Part shown: positions 17,057-26,045 of the stretch, in pieces
How the letters are laid out: every line of letters starts with the position of its first letter
Position numbering within the stretch: the first letter of the stretch is position 1
IMG/VR virus record: IMGVR_UViG_3300019874_000057
Span: 1-55,864 of that record
DNA from: a virus
Lineage: Duplodnaviria > Caudoviricetes
Reading direction: 5' to 3' (one strand)
DNA: 55,864 nt
Notes under the pieces: generated by a model
Databases searched by the model: none
The model's input: only the letters and a program-made list of their open reading frames with translations
What the model was told of the DNA's origin: nothing
Program-made: the position numbers and the translations under genes

Positions 17057-18661
17057 ATGCAGAGGCTCTGGAACTGGGCGAGGATTCTTAGTTCTGGAGC
17101 CCCTGCGCCTGGGTGTACGGTGACTGTCTACGCAGCGGGCACCGTCACCCTTAGTACTATCTTCTCTGACAACATCTCCACTCCCAAGGCCAATCCATTC
17201 ACTGCTGATGCAAGCACAGGGTACTGGTTTTTCTATGCACTCCAGGGTAGGTATGACATCAAGTTCTCAGGTACAGGCATCACCAGCCCCTACACCCTGA
17301 GTGATGTCACGCTGTTTGACCCGACTGATGGGTTTATTCAGAGCTTGAATGGGCAGGCACAGGCTGTTCAGACGCTTGTAGCAGGGACTGCCGGGACTGA
17401 TTTCGTAGTGAACTCGGCTGCGGGGGTGCATACACTGAACCTCCCGAATGCCGGGGCTGCAAGTAGAGGGGTGGTGAGTACCGGGGCGCAGACCTTCGCG
17501 GGGGTGAAGACATTCAGCACACCCATTGCAGCTGGGTCTGGAGGCACTGGGGCAGACCTCAGTGCTGCTGGCAACGGTAAGCTTCTCATCGGGAACGGTA
17601 CTGGGTTCACCCTCGCCAACCTTGCCTCCGGAGGTAATGCTGGCGTAACCATCACCAATGGTGTTGGTTCAATCACCTTAGACACCCCGCAGGACATCAG
17701 GACCAATGCGTCTCCTGTATTCCTGAGTTTGGAGATTCAAGCGCTCAATCAGAGCCCAACAGGCGGTGCTTTGTTTGTCTCTCCTGGGGATGGGGTTCTC
17801 AATGTACGAACACTCAATGACGGAGAGATCCTAGTAGGGGCTACTGGGTTTGCCCCACAAGCTACTTTTCTACACGTAGGCAGTGGGCTCTCCCTCATCA
17901 ACGGTCCATGGACCATCACCCTGGCCAACACCGGCATCCTCTCCCTGGCTTCCTCCGCAGGAGCTGCACTCACAGGCGCCCTCACCCTTGCAGTTGGCTC
18001 TGCGGGGACAGACGTTGCCATCTCCCCTACGGTCATTGGGGCCACCACGGTCACCCTGAATGTCCCTGATGCTTCTGCCAGTGCTCGAGGGGTAATCAAT
18101 TCCACTACTCAGGTGATTGGTGGAGTCAAGACCTTCAACTCCCCACCTCTTGTGATCCCAGGTGGTGCTTCCTCAAGTACCACCCCTGGGCGTCCTGTGG
18201 TGAGTTTCCTCCGCAACCTGACTCCTGTTGGCAACGTAGGCACAGGAGAAGACGATCTCCAGACTGTCTCTCTGCCTGCGAATTCGCTAGACACTGATTT
18301 TGCCTCTGCCTTGCGAATTACCTCCTGGGGTACCGTCGCCGCCAACGCCAACACCAAGACCATCAAGTTGTACTTTGGATCTACGCTTCTCTGTACCATC
18401 GCCAGCGCTACCGCCCTCAATGACGGAGCCTGGTACTTTGAAGCCACGGTCATCAGGACTGGCGCAGGAAACCAGGAAGTTATCGCTGAGGGCAGGGCTA
18501 AAGCAGTAGGCGCCACCGCAGCGGCTTACACAATTACCGCAATTACTCAGTCCAACCCTGCCCAGGCTCTGGGGTCTGCAGTTACCATCAAGACCACAGG
18601 GGAAGCCGTCTCCAACAGTGACATCATTGCTAAAGCTTTGCTGGTAGAGGTCTTGTACTAG
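17057..18661 (+). CDS. Tail fibre / tailspike-like protein
   Basis: N-terminal virion-anchor pattern TVTVY.AGT...NPFTAD..G...FYA..GRYDI. G/A/T/S-rich, with a duplicated unit (GTD..LN.P.A....RGV......Q...GVKTF). Confidence 0.78.
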   Translation: MQRLWNWARILSSGAPAPGCTVTVYAAGTVTLSTIFSDNISTPKANPFTADASTGYWFFYALQGRYDIKFSGTGITSPYTLSDVTLFDPTDGFIQSLNGQAQAVQTLVAGTAGTDFVVNSAAGVHTLNLPNAGAASRGVVSTGAQTFAGVKTFSTPIAAGSGGTGADLSAAGNGKLLIGNGTGFTLANLASGGNAGVTITNGVGSITLDTPQDIRTNASPVFLSLEIQALNQSPTGGALFVSPGDGVLNVRTLNDGEILVGATGFAPQATFLHVGSGLSLINGPWTITLANTGILSLASSAGAALTGALTLAVGSAGTDVAISPTVIGATTVTLNVPDASASARGVINSTTQVIGGVKTFNSPPLVIPGGASSSTTPGRPVVSFLRNLTPVGNVGTGEDDLQTVSLPANSLDTDFASALRITSWGTVAANANTKTIKLYFGSTLLCTIASATALNDGAWYFEATVIRTGAGNQEVIAEGRAKAVGATAAAYTITAITQSNPAQALGSAVTIKTTGEAVSNSDIIAKALLVEVLY

Positions 18662-18665
18662 CTCC

Positions 18666-19388
18666 ATGCCATACACTGCGGTAACCCGCGTGCAGATCCA
18701 GACCTTGCTGCTGGCGAAGGTGGAGGGGTTACCTTTCTGGGATCCCACCGAAGCCGCAGACAGATTCAATGAAGCACTCCGGTGGTGGAATCTCCTCACA
18801 GGGACCTGGAAGACCAAGTTACTGCAGGCAACTGTAGCCAACCAGATCTACTACTCAGTCCCGGGTGGGATGACCTTTGGGTTCAGGGTGAGTTGGAATG
18901 GGAAGGCGCTACTTCCTGATTCAGTATTTGGCCTGAGCTATGGCAGACCACAGTGGAGGAAGGAGACTACTGCCTCAGGGGGCACTGTCCCCAGTGAGCC
19001 TCAGATCTGGGTGCCTGTAGGGATCAACAAGTTCGCCATCTGGCCTGCAGATGCGGTGGTTGCACATGCGCTGGAACTGGATGGAGTAGCGGTGACTCCT
19101 GTCTTGGTGAACCCTGGGGACACCTTGGACATCGATGAGTCTGAATTAGGCCCCTTGCTGGATGAGACCATCCACTTACTTGCATTCAAGTCAGGTGGTT
19201 CCATCCTCAAGGGCACGCAGGCAGCCCACTTCAGATTCCTCCTCGCAGCCGCAGACAAGAACTCTAGACTCAAGGCTTGTTCCTGGATGCGTAAGGTTCT
19301 CGGCTTAGATAGAGCGAGATCCGCCAAGCCCATCACCGAAGTCCTTGATGAAGCCTTCTCCAACGCAGTAGCCCCGAGGAGTAACTGA
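18666..19388 (+). CDS. Adaptor/ring-like tail protein
   Basis: FW...E....NEA...W, YS.P, P..W, AIWP and helical C-terminus. Confidence 0.6.
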   Translation: MPYTAVTRVQIQTLLLAKVEGLPFWDPTEAADRFNEALRWWNLLTGTWKTKLLQATVANQIYYSVPGGMTFGFRVSWNGKALLPDSVFGLSYGRPQWRKETTASGGTVPSEPQIWVPVGINKFAIWPADAVVAHALELDGVAVTPVLVNPGDTLDIDESELGPLLDETIHLLAFKSGGSILKGTQAAHFRFLLAAADKNSRLKACSWMRKVLGLDRARSAKPITEVLDEAFSNAVAPRSN

Positions 19389-19389
19389 G

Positions 19390-20052
19390 ATGGCGCAAGT
19401 GATTCACTTCTATGTGAAGTATGGACAAGCGGTGATTTTGCCATTCACCGCGCAGGCTCCGCTGACATCAGGCGCTAGGCAGACCTTGATCACGGGTGCT
19501 ACTGGCCCTGTCACCGCGGACATCACCATCTCCAAGGACGGGGCAGCACTGGGAGCTCCTACAGGGACTATTGCCCAAGTCGCAGGCAAGCTCTACACCT
19601 ACAATGCGTCTGCCGCTGACATGACTGCCCAGAGAATCATGGCAGTGGTTTCAGACGCTGCGGGCGCTGCGTATGATGACGTAACGATCTACATAGAGAC
19701 AATCCTCGAACTGGGCCAACTCAATGCCAATGCCACCAACATGCCAACAGGGAACTCCGGCATCGTTGGAACAGGCATCGGCACCGGGCATGGCATCCAG
19801 GGAATCCCAGGAGCCTCAGGGAAGATCTGCAATTTCTTCGATACTGTTCTCGTGACTGAGCCTGCTGCTGCCTACAACGCCCTCACTTCTACCATCATGG
19901 AGACCCTGCAGCATCTAGCAGCCAGGTTCTATCACCGGGTGGTTACATCCGGCACCCAGCAAACCGTCTACAAGCGTGGTGGGGTTACCGCAAGCGACAC
20001 CATGACCATCACTCCCACAGGGTCGACTGTCGAGAAGGGCCAGGCGAGCTAG
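19390..20052 (+). CDS. Putative virion structural protein
   Basis: 220 aa with ITISKDG...G.Y...A.DM and Gly-rich segment. Confidence 0.65.
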   Translation: MAQVIHFYVKYGQAVILPFTAQAPLTSGARQTLITGATGPVTADITISKDGAALGAPTGTIAQVAGKLYTYNASAADMTAQRIMAVVSDAAGAAYDDVTIYIETILELGQLNANATNMPTGNSGIVGTGIGTGHGIQGIPGASGKICNFFDTVLVTEPAAAYNALTSTIMETLQHLAARFYHRVVTSGTQQTVYKRGGVTASDTMTITPTGSTVEKGQAS

Positions 20053-20058
20053 TCACCA

Positions 20059-20697
20059 ATGTCGACCACTGACCAAGCCGCACTGTCCTTGATCCAGACC
20101 TACATGCTCGAGCCTGCCAATGGCGGGGCGAGCTGGGCGTCTGGGTTCTGGACGGTGGCTGAGGTGGTTGGGTACCTGGATGAGAGGCAGAAACGCTTCA
20201 TCATGGAGACTGGGTTGGTGGCGAAGACGGGCACCAACCCATTGGCTGCGAACGTCCTCCGGGTCTCCCTGCCCAGTGACTGCATTGAGCTTAGATTCCT
20301 AGCATTCCAGTCTCAATCAGGTGACTTCTATGACATCCCTCGGGCTGACCCTCTACAGGCAGACCTTTACAGGGCTGACTGGTCATACGACGCCAAGGAG
20401 ATCCCAGATGGGTACTCCACTAGCGAAACCCCCAGTCTAGAAGTAGAACTCCACCCTGCTTCTTCCCTGGCAGGTGTCCTCCACTATCTCTACCTCTATG
20501 TCTCCCAGACCCTCACTGGTGCTGGTGCTCTCTTCACTGTCCCTGATGACTTCGTCCCCTGCATTATCTGGGGTGTCATCTCAGACATGTTGAAGAAGAT
20601 CGGGCGGGCTACGGCCTTAGACAGGGCTGAGATTGCTGAATCTCGATATACCATGGGCGTAGAAATCACGAAGCTCATCCTCTCCGGGTGGGCATAG
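20059..20697 (+). CDS. Adaptor/ring-like tail protein (paralog of 18666-19388)
   Basis: FWTVAEVVGYLDE, SLPSDCI, LHP and VPDDFVPCIIWGV pattern. Confidence 0.62.
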   Translation: MSTTDQAALSLIQTYMLEPANGGASWASGFWTVAEVVGYLDERQKRFIMETGLVAKTGTNPLAANVLRVSLPSDCIELRFLAFQSQSGDFYDIPRADPLQADLYRADWSYDAKEIPDGYSTSETPSLEVELHPASSLAGVLHYLYLYVSQTLTGAGALFTVPDDFVPCIIWGVISDMLKKIGRATALDRAEIAESRYTMGVEITKLILSGWA

Positions 20698-20706
20698 GAG
20701 AGAATC

Positions 20707-21597
20707 ATGCCGAGCATCAAAGACCTCGAGAAGCTCAAGGACTTGATCCATCTGGATCCTGCCACCTTGAAGTTCGTAGCCCCTCTCATCCTCAACAGCA
20801 TCATCCCGAAGGTGGTGCATGTGGGTGGGAAGTACATCAGTACCGCAGGCCTCGTGGACAAGATCGTGGCAGACGGGCACATTGGGTTGGAGGACTTGCC
20901 TATCTTGGTCGAGGCTTGGTTCTCTGGAGTAGATGCTCCCGCGGTGGTGCAGGTTCCTGTGCAGCCTGTTGCACCTGTGCAGCCCACCCCAGTCCCTGGC
21001 TGGCCTCCTGTATTGCCGCCGAGTACTTGGACACCGCCGCCTGCTGCCGTTCCCAAGCCCACAGCCCCTGCTGCTGGTCCTGCCTCCCTGGCCCTGGTCA
21101 ACTCCTTGACCATCGAATTCGAGCTCCACGACACCCTTCAGAACAACCGGGCACCCATCTCATACCACTTCGATGAGACCGCTGAGGCCTATGGAGTAGT
21201 CCTGGACAACTACGGGACCACCAACCTCCCCATTCACTCGGGGGCCTACTTGCACGCTGGCTACCTGGATGCCTCTGGCGCTGGGATCAACTTCGAGCAG
21301 CGCAACACCCTGGATCTCTACAACACCGCTGTCTGGATTGCTCGGTATCTCGACGGCTCGGGTACCAGCACCCTGGCCTATGACAAGTCCCTGGGCCGCT
21401 ACAACCAGGTCGATGTGGGCGCGCGGGTGGTCAACTGGAACAACGAGGCTGAGGAGCCCAGGGAAGCCACACGTACTGGCGGCATGGATGTTCCTGTGAG
21501 CTTCCCACCCGAGGCCAATGACAAGGTCGTGGAGATCAATCTCCAGGTGGGTAGCGTGACGCACATCAAGCCCATTCGCTTCCCCAAGATCAGCTAG
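20707..21597 (+). CDS. Two-domain protein with Pro-rich linker
   Basis: 296 aa, AGGAG SD. Confidence 0.7.
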   Translation: MPSIKDLEKLKDLIHLDPATLKFVAPLILNSIIPKVVHVGGKYISTAGLVDKIVADGHIGLEDLPILVEAWFSGVDAPAVVQVPVQPVAPVQPTPVPGWPPVLPPSTWTPPPAAVPKPTAPAAGPASLALVNSLTIEFELHDTLQNNRAPISYHFDETAEAYGVVLDNYGTTNLPIHSGAYLHAGYLDASGAGINFEQRNTLDLYNTAVWIARYLDGSGTSTLAYDKSLGRYNQVDVGARVVNWNNEAEEPREATRTGGMDVPVSFPPEANDKVVEINLQVGSVTHIKPIRFPKIS

Positions 21598-21619
21598 TAC
21601 GAGTTGACCCCAACCTCCC

Positions 21620-24600
21620 ATGGCCGAAGACTTCAAGCCCCAAACCATCCCCTTCGGCCGTGGGAGCCTCGATCTACGTAGACCCATCGGTGAGATCGCG
21701 GCTGAGAATTACGCAGCCCTCTTCAATGCCTACCGCAGGCAGGATGGCCTCCTAACCGGGCGTCCTGGCCTAACTCAGCTACTCACTGGAATCAACAACG
21801 GTGCAGTCAACTCTATCTGCAGGTTGAATCTCAGCCTCACCCCACAGCCCTTCGCAGCAGATGGCCTACCCCCCATCGACTCTCTTGGACTCCACCCTGT
21901 TGGGGTGAGGTTCATCGGGACATCCAACCTGGGGGGCAATCTCTTCTATGCTGCGGTTCCTGCTGCGGTCTTGATCGACAGTGGGTACTCAGGGAATTCC
22001 CTGTGTTTCCTGCCATACCGCCCACCACTGGCAGCTACTCCATGGGTCTACATCGCTGACTCAAACAAGATGTCAAAGGCAACTCCCATCAGCACTACCA
22101 AGGCACTTGTACTGCCATTGGGACTCCCTGCTCCTAGTAACCCAGACGCCCGCATGCCCATGGATGAGTTCCCACCTGAGCTTTACTTTGGAGGCTGGGA
22201 TGGGAGCATGGACCTGCGGCAGATAGCCAATTTCACGCTCTTTGGGTTTGAGGCTGTAGAGGGTGCTGCTCCTCAGCTAGTCACTCTCCAAGCCCAGGAC
22301 AAGACAGTCATTGATGCTTGTGAGTCAGCAGCCCCCTGGACTGGGTCTGCAGGCACGGGTGGTGCCCCTACAATCACCACAGACGCAGTCGACTTCAAAG
22401 AAGGTCTAGCCTCCTTGAAGATCACCACCGCAGTCGGTGGAGCCACAACTGAGTACTACAACTTCCTCTCCAGGGCCTTGTCACTTGATCTCACGCGAGT
22501 TGGGACTAAGCCAGCCACTGATGAAGACCACTTGCATGGCTGGGTGCAGTTTGACCAGCCCAAGTTGATCCAGGAGATCAGGTTTTATTACATCCTCAGT
22601 AACTACTCAGCCACTGCGCTTCCTGGCGATGATGCCACCAGCAACAAGAACTTCTACGCCAAGGCCATCAGGGCTGATGACTTCACTAGTTTCCTCTCGG
22701 CTACTGGAAATGCTCTAGAGTCCCAGACAACTCAGAATACAAACACCAGCGTCCAGCAAGTAGGTGGAGGGCTGGCCAGTGTCGCAGGAGTCCCCACGGT
22801 CTCAGGAGCCAAGAACTGGACTGAGTTTGGGGCATTGAAGTTCCCTCTGCGCCGTGGAGACTTCAAGCGCTTTGGGGACAATGAAGCCCTGGACTGGAGT
22901 GATGTAGTCGGGCTGACTATCTTGATCTTCACCACTACAAACTCAGCAGTGAACGTCTGGTTCGATGATCTGAGCTTTGTTGGTGGGGCGGGGCCTGATT
23001 CCTCCATCGCTGGAGATGTTCCCTATGACTACAGGTACAGGAACTATGACCCGCGCACTGGTGTGAAGGGTAACCCCTGCCCTGTGTCATTGGAGAACTT
23101 CTGGATCGACCCTGTTCGTCAGGCAGTCATTGTCAAGCCTGTGGCGTTTGGGGATCCTGAGATTCGCCAGCAAGTCTTCCGCAGGGGTGGAGTGCTGACC
23201 AGGGCTTGGTACTTCGTGGGCCAGAACGCCCAAGATGGTGGCTCCATAGAAGACCGCCTGACTGACGCCTCCATCATCAATGCTGAGATCCTCCAAGAAG
23301 ACAATGACCAGCCAGTTACTACTGTAGATGCCAATAACAGGATAGTCCTCGCCCAGCCTCTGCACACGATCTTCGGCCCTGTAGATGACACCATTTTTGG
23401 CCTGGGAGACCCCTATCGTAAAGGTGACATCTACTGGTGCAAGAAGGGTGATGCAGACGCCTGGCCTGCGTACCAGCACATCGAGCTCTGTGGAACTGCT
23501 GAGGAGTTGGTTGGTGGGTATGTGTACGCGAATCAACCCTATGCCTTCAGCAGGGAGCAAGGGTTTGTCTTGTTTCCGAACCTAGGTGGTTCTGGCCAGG
23601 TAGGGTACGCCCCAACAGGCTGCAAGCGTGGGCCTGTGTCTCGGACAGCCTACGCAGTGGGAATCAAGGGGTGCTACTTTGTCGCGCGAGATGGGTTCTA
23701 CGGGACTGCCGGTGGTCCTGAGGAGTGCCTATCTTTTGACTGGGTGGACCCCATTTTCAAGCTCGGGCTTACTGAGCCTAATACCCAGATCAACGGTCTC
23801 TACCCGATTGACTTCGGGTTCACTATTCTTGTTGCTTGCCACGGGCATGATGTCTGGATCTCCTACTTCGACACCCAAGGTACCCAGAGAGCCTTGATCT
23901 ACGATGTCCTCCAGCAGTACTGGAGAGCCTATAAGTTCCCAGTCAACTACGGGCCTTCTGGGTTGTATTCTGAGCCAGCACAACCTCTGAGCTTGTTGGT
24001 TGGCGGGGAACCCAATGTCTGGTCGCACACCGGCACCGCAGATGGCTCCTTGCCCATTGCGGGGACCTATAAATCAGGCTCCCTGGATCAAGACGTAGAC
24101 CGCGCAGACAAGCTCTATGGGGATATCTGGATCCAGAAGGACTCCCCCGCTGCTTCCCTCTCGATCACCCCAAGACTCAATGACGAGACCATTACTCTAC
24201 CTACCCTGACCCTCCTCCCCAATGTTGGCGGGATGAGTGTCACTACCTTGGACCCATTCGATAGTGTTGGGGAGTTCGGGAACCCAGGCCCACGGGAAGC
24301 TCAGTCCCTGAGTCTCGAGGTGAGTTGGTCGACTGTTGAGGCTCCACCATTACTCAGGCAGTGGGGGCTGAGTTTCCTGGTGACTCCTGAGTCAACCATC
24401 GGCAGACCTACAGACTGGGATGCTCAAGGGAGACTCACCGATAAGCAAGTGAAGGGGATCCTGCTTGAATGCGATACAGGTGGAGTCAACAAGACCTTGG
24501 TGATCGAAGCTGATGGCGGGGTGAAGGTAACCCTCACAGTCAACCACAATGGGAGACTGAGCAAGCACTACGCCTGGCCTGAGTTCTTGGGCAGGATGTT

Positions 24601-25102
24601 GAGGTTCAACCCAGTAGACACGGTTGAATGGAAGATCTATGACTACAGATGGATCTTCGATGAAGAACCCGCGCAGCTCGACCGCTGGGAGACTCAGTTA
24701 CTGGATCACGGGATACCAGGGTGGAAGTCAGTGCAGCATGGGTATGTGACCTACAAGACCGAAGCAGGTAGTAAGCTCGATGTCACCATGGAAGTCGATG
24801 TGTATGACAACTCGGGGAACATCCTGCAGACTCTAGTCCCCACTCCCCTGCTGACCTTCACCAATGGCACCAAGATCAAGAGGTTCATTGGATTCACAGC
24901 GCACAAGGGGGAATTCTTCAAGTACAGGTTCACCAGTGATACGAAGTTCTGGTTGTATCGAGAGGAGACAAGTATCTTGTGTCAGCCCTGGGATGGTGGG
25001 GATGCGAAGTTGATTCAAGGCTTTGGGGATGATGACCTGGATCTAGTGCGTGGTCTCCATGACGCAGGTGCCATGGCTGCAAGGCCTGGAGGAGGTGCGT
25101 AG
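21620..25102 (+). CDS. Tail nozzle / tubular protein B-like
   Basis: 1160 aa, beta-propeller-like composition, N-terminal L..RPG motif, precedes GNAT and ejection genes. Confidence 0.68.
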   Translation: MAEDFKPQTIPFGRGSLDLRRPIGEIAAENYAALFNAYRRQDGLLTGRPGLTQLLTGINNGAVNSICRLNLSLTPQPFAADGLPPIDSLGLHPVGVRFIGTSNLGGNLFYAAVPAAVLIDSGYSGNSLCFLPYRPPLAATPWVYIADSNKMSKATPISTTKALVLPLGLPAPSNPDARMPMDEFPPELYFGGWDGSMDLRQIANFTLFGFEAVEGAAPQLVTLQAQDKTVIDACESAAPWTGSAGTGGAPTITTDAVDFKEGLASLKITTAVGGATTEYYNFLSRALSLDLTRVGTKPATDEDHLHGWVQFDQPKLIQEIRFYYILSNYSATALPGDDATSNKNFYAKAIRADDFTSFLSATGNALESQTTQNTNTSVQQVGGGLASVAGVPTVSGAKNWTEFGALKFPLRRGDFKRFGDNEALDWSDVVGLTILIFTTTNSAVNVWFDDLSFVGGAGPDSSIAGDVPYDYRYRNYDPRTGVKGNPCPVSLENFWIDPVRQAVIVKPVAFGDPEIRQQVFRRGGVLTRAWYFVGQNAQDGGSIEDRLTDASIINAEILQEDNDQPVTTVDANNRIVLAQPLHTIFGPVDDTIFGLGDPYRKGDIYWCKKGDADAWPAYQHIELCGTAEELVGGYVYANQPYAFSREQGFVLFPNLGGSGQVGYAPTGCKRGPVSRTAYAVGIKGCYFVARDGFYGTAGGPEECLSFDWVDPIFKLGLTEPNTQINGLYPIDFGFTILVACHGHDVWISYFDTQGTQRALIYDVLQQYWRAYKFPVNYGPSGLYSEPAQPLSLLVGGEPNVWSHTGTADGSLPIAGTYKSGSLDQDVDRADKLYGDIWIQKDSPAASLSITPRLNDETITLPTLTLLPNVGGMSVTTLDPFDSVGEFGNPGPREAQSLSLEVSWSTVEAPPLLRQWGLSFLVTPESTIGRPTDWDAQGRLTDKQVKGILLECDTGGVNKTLVIEADGGVKVTLTVNHNGRLSKHYAWPEFLGRMLRFNPVDTVEWKIYDYRWIFDEEPAQLDRWETQLLDHGIPGWKSVQHGYVTYKTEAGSKLDVTMEVDVYDNSGNILQTLVPTPLLTFTNGTKIKRFIGFTAHKGEFFKYRFTSDTKFWLYREETSILCQPWDGGDAKLIQGFGDDDLDLVRGLHDAGAMAARPGGGA

Positions 25103-25548
25103 TGGCTGCTGTTATACCCCCGACTACTCCCGCTGCGGCGAATGTCTCCAAGACCTACCCTGGAGTGGCCCAGGTTACCGACCCGATCATCCAGCAGGCC
25201 CTGCGGGTGCTGCATGACCTCCTGAGCATGTTCACTGCCAAGGCCACTCCCACTCGAGGGACCCTGGAGCCTGACCAGAAGCCTGTGCTAACCCCCCTGC
25301 AGACTGGGTATCTATTCTGGGCGAGTGACTTTGACCGTGTCTTCCGATGGACAGGCACCACCTGGGAAGACGCCCCAGGCATGCCTACTCGGGGGCAAGT
25401 GGGGTTCTTTCGCATGTCTCCTGGTATAGGGTGGTCTCAGTGCAATGGGAACCAAACCCAAACCACAGGCCCTGGTGGGCAGTTGTTCGCCCTCACAACC
25501 CCAACCATTGATTCCATCAATGGCTTACTGGCCTGGATTAGGCTATAG
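25102..25548 (+). CDS. Tail needle/tip-like protein with collar-like motif
   Basis: Helix followed by RWTGTTW and GQVGFF..SPG.GW.QCNG. Confidence 0.5.
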   Translation: MAAVIPPTTPAAANVSKTYPGVAQVTDPIIQQALRVLHDLLSMFTAKATPTRGTLEPDQKPVLTPLQTGYLFWASDFDRVFRWTGTTWEDAPGMPTRGQVGFFRMSPGIGWSQCNGNQTQTTGPGGQLFALTTPTIDSINGLLAWIRL

Positions 25549-25559
25549 GAGGTAGACTA

Positions 25560-26045
25560 ATGCCCATGGCTAGCCCACAGGTAGGGCCTCCGAAGGTCAC
25601 GGGGATGAAGGGGAAGCAGGGGCTGAAGGTGGTTCCTAAGCCTGAGGTTCAGTCTGCTTGGAAGGTGAGAGATCTCCCCGCAGATGAATGGCACAAGCTC
25701 AAGCAAGTACCATTGGGAATCAATCCAGACCCCAGCATCTACCGCGCGATTGTCTGCGAGGAGAACGGGCAGATCATCGCGTGTTGGTTTGCATACCAGG
25801 CTACCCATGTGGAACCTGTGTGGATCCACCCAGACCACCGCAAGCGGCCTGGGGTCATCAGGAGACTCTGGGGTACGGTGGTGCAGCTTCTCAAGGACTG
25901 CAATGTGGATGTAGCCTTCTGCACAGTAGCTGATGAAGTAGCCATGACTTCTCTCCCCCTGGTGCTCAGACTAGGCTTCAAGAAGGTCCCCGGTGACTGC
26001 TTCTACCTCGACCCCAATGCTGTGAAGGATCCCCACCATGGGTGA
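25560..26045 (+). CDS. GNAT-fold acetyltransferase-like protein
   Basis: HVEPVWIHPDHRKR and LRLGFKKV GNAT motifs. Confidence 0.75.
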   Translation: MPMASPQVGPPKVTGMKGKQGLKVVPKPEVQSAWKVRDLPADEWHKLKQVPLGINPDPSIYRAIVCEENGQIIACWFAYQATHVEPVWIHPDHRKRPGVIRRLWGTVVQLLKDCNVDVAFCTVADEVAMTSLPLVLRLGFKKVPGDCFYLDPNAVKDPHHG

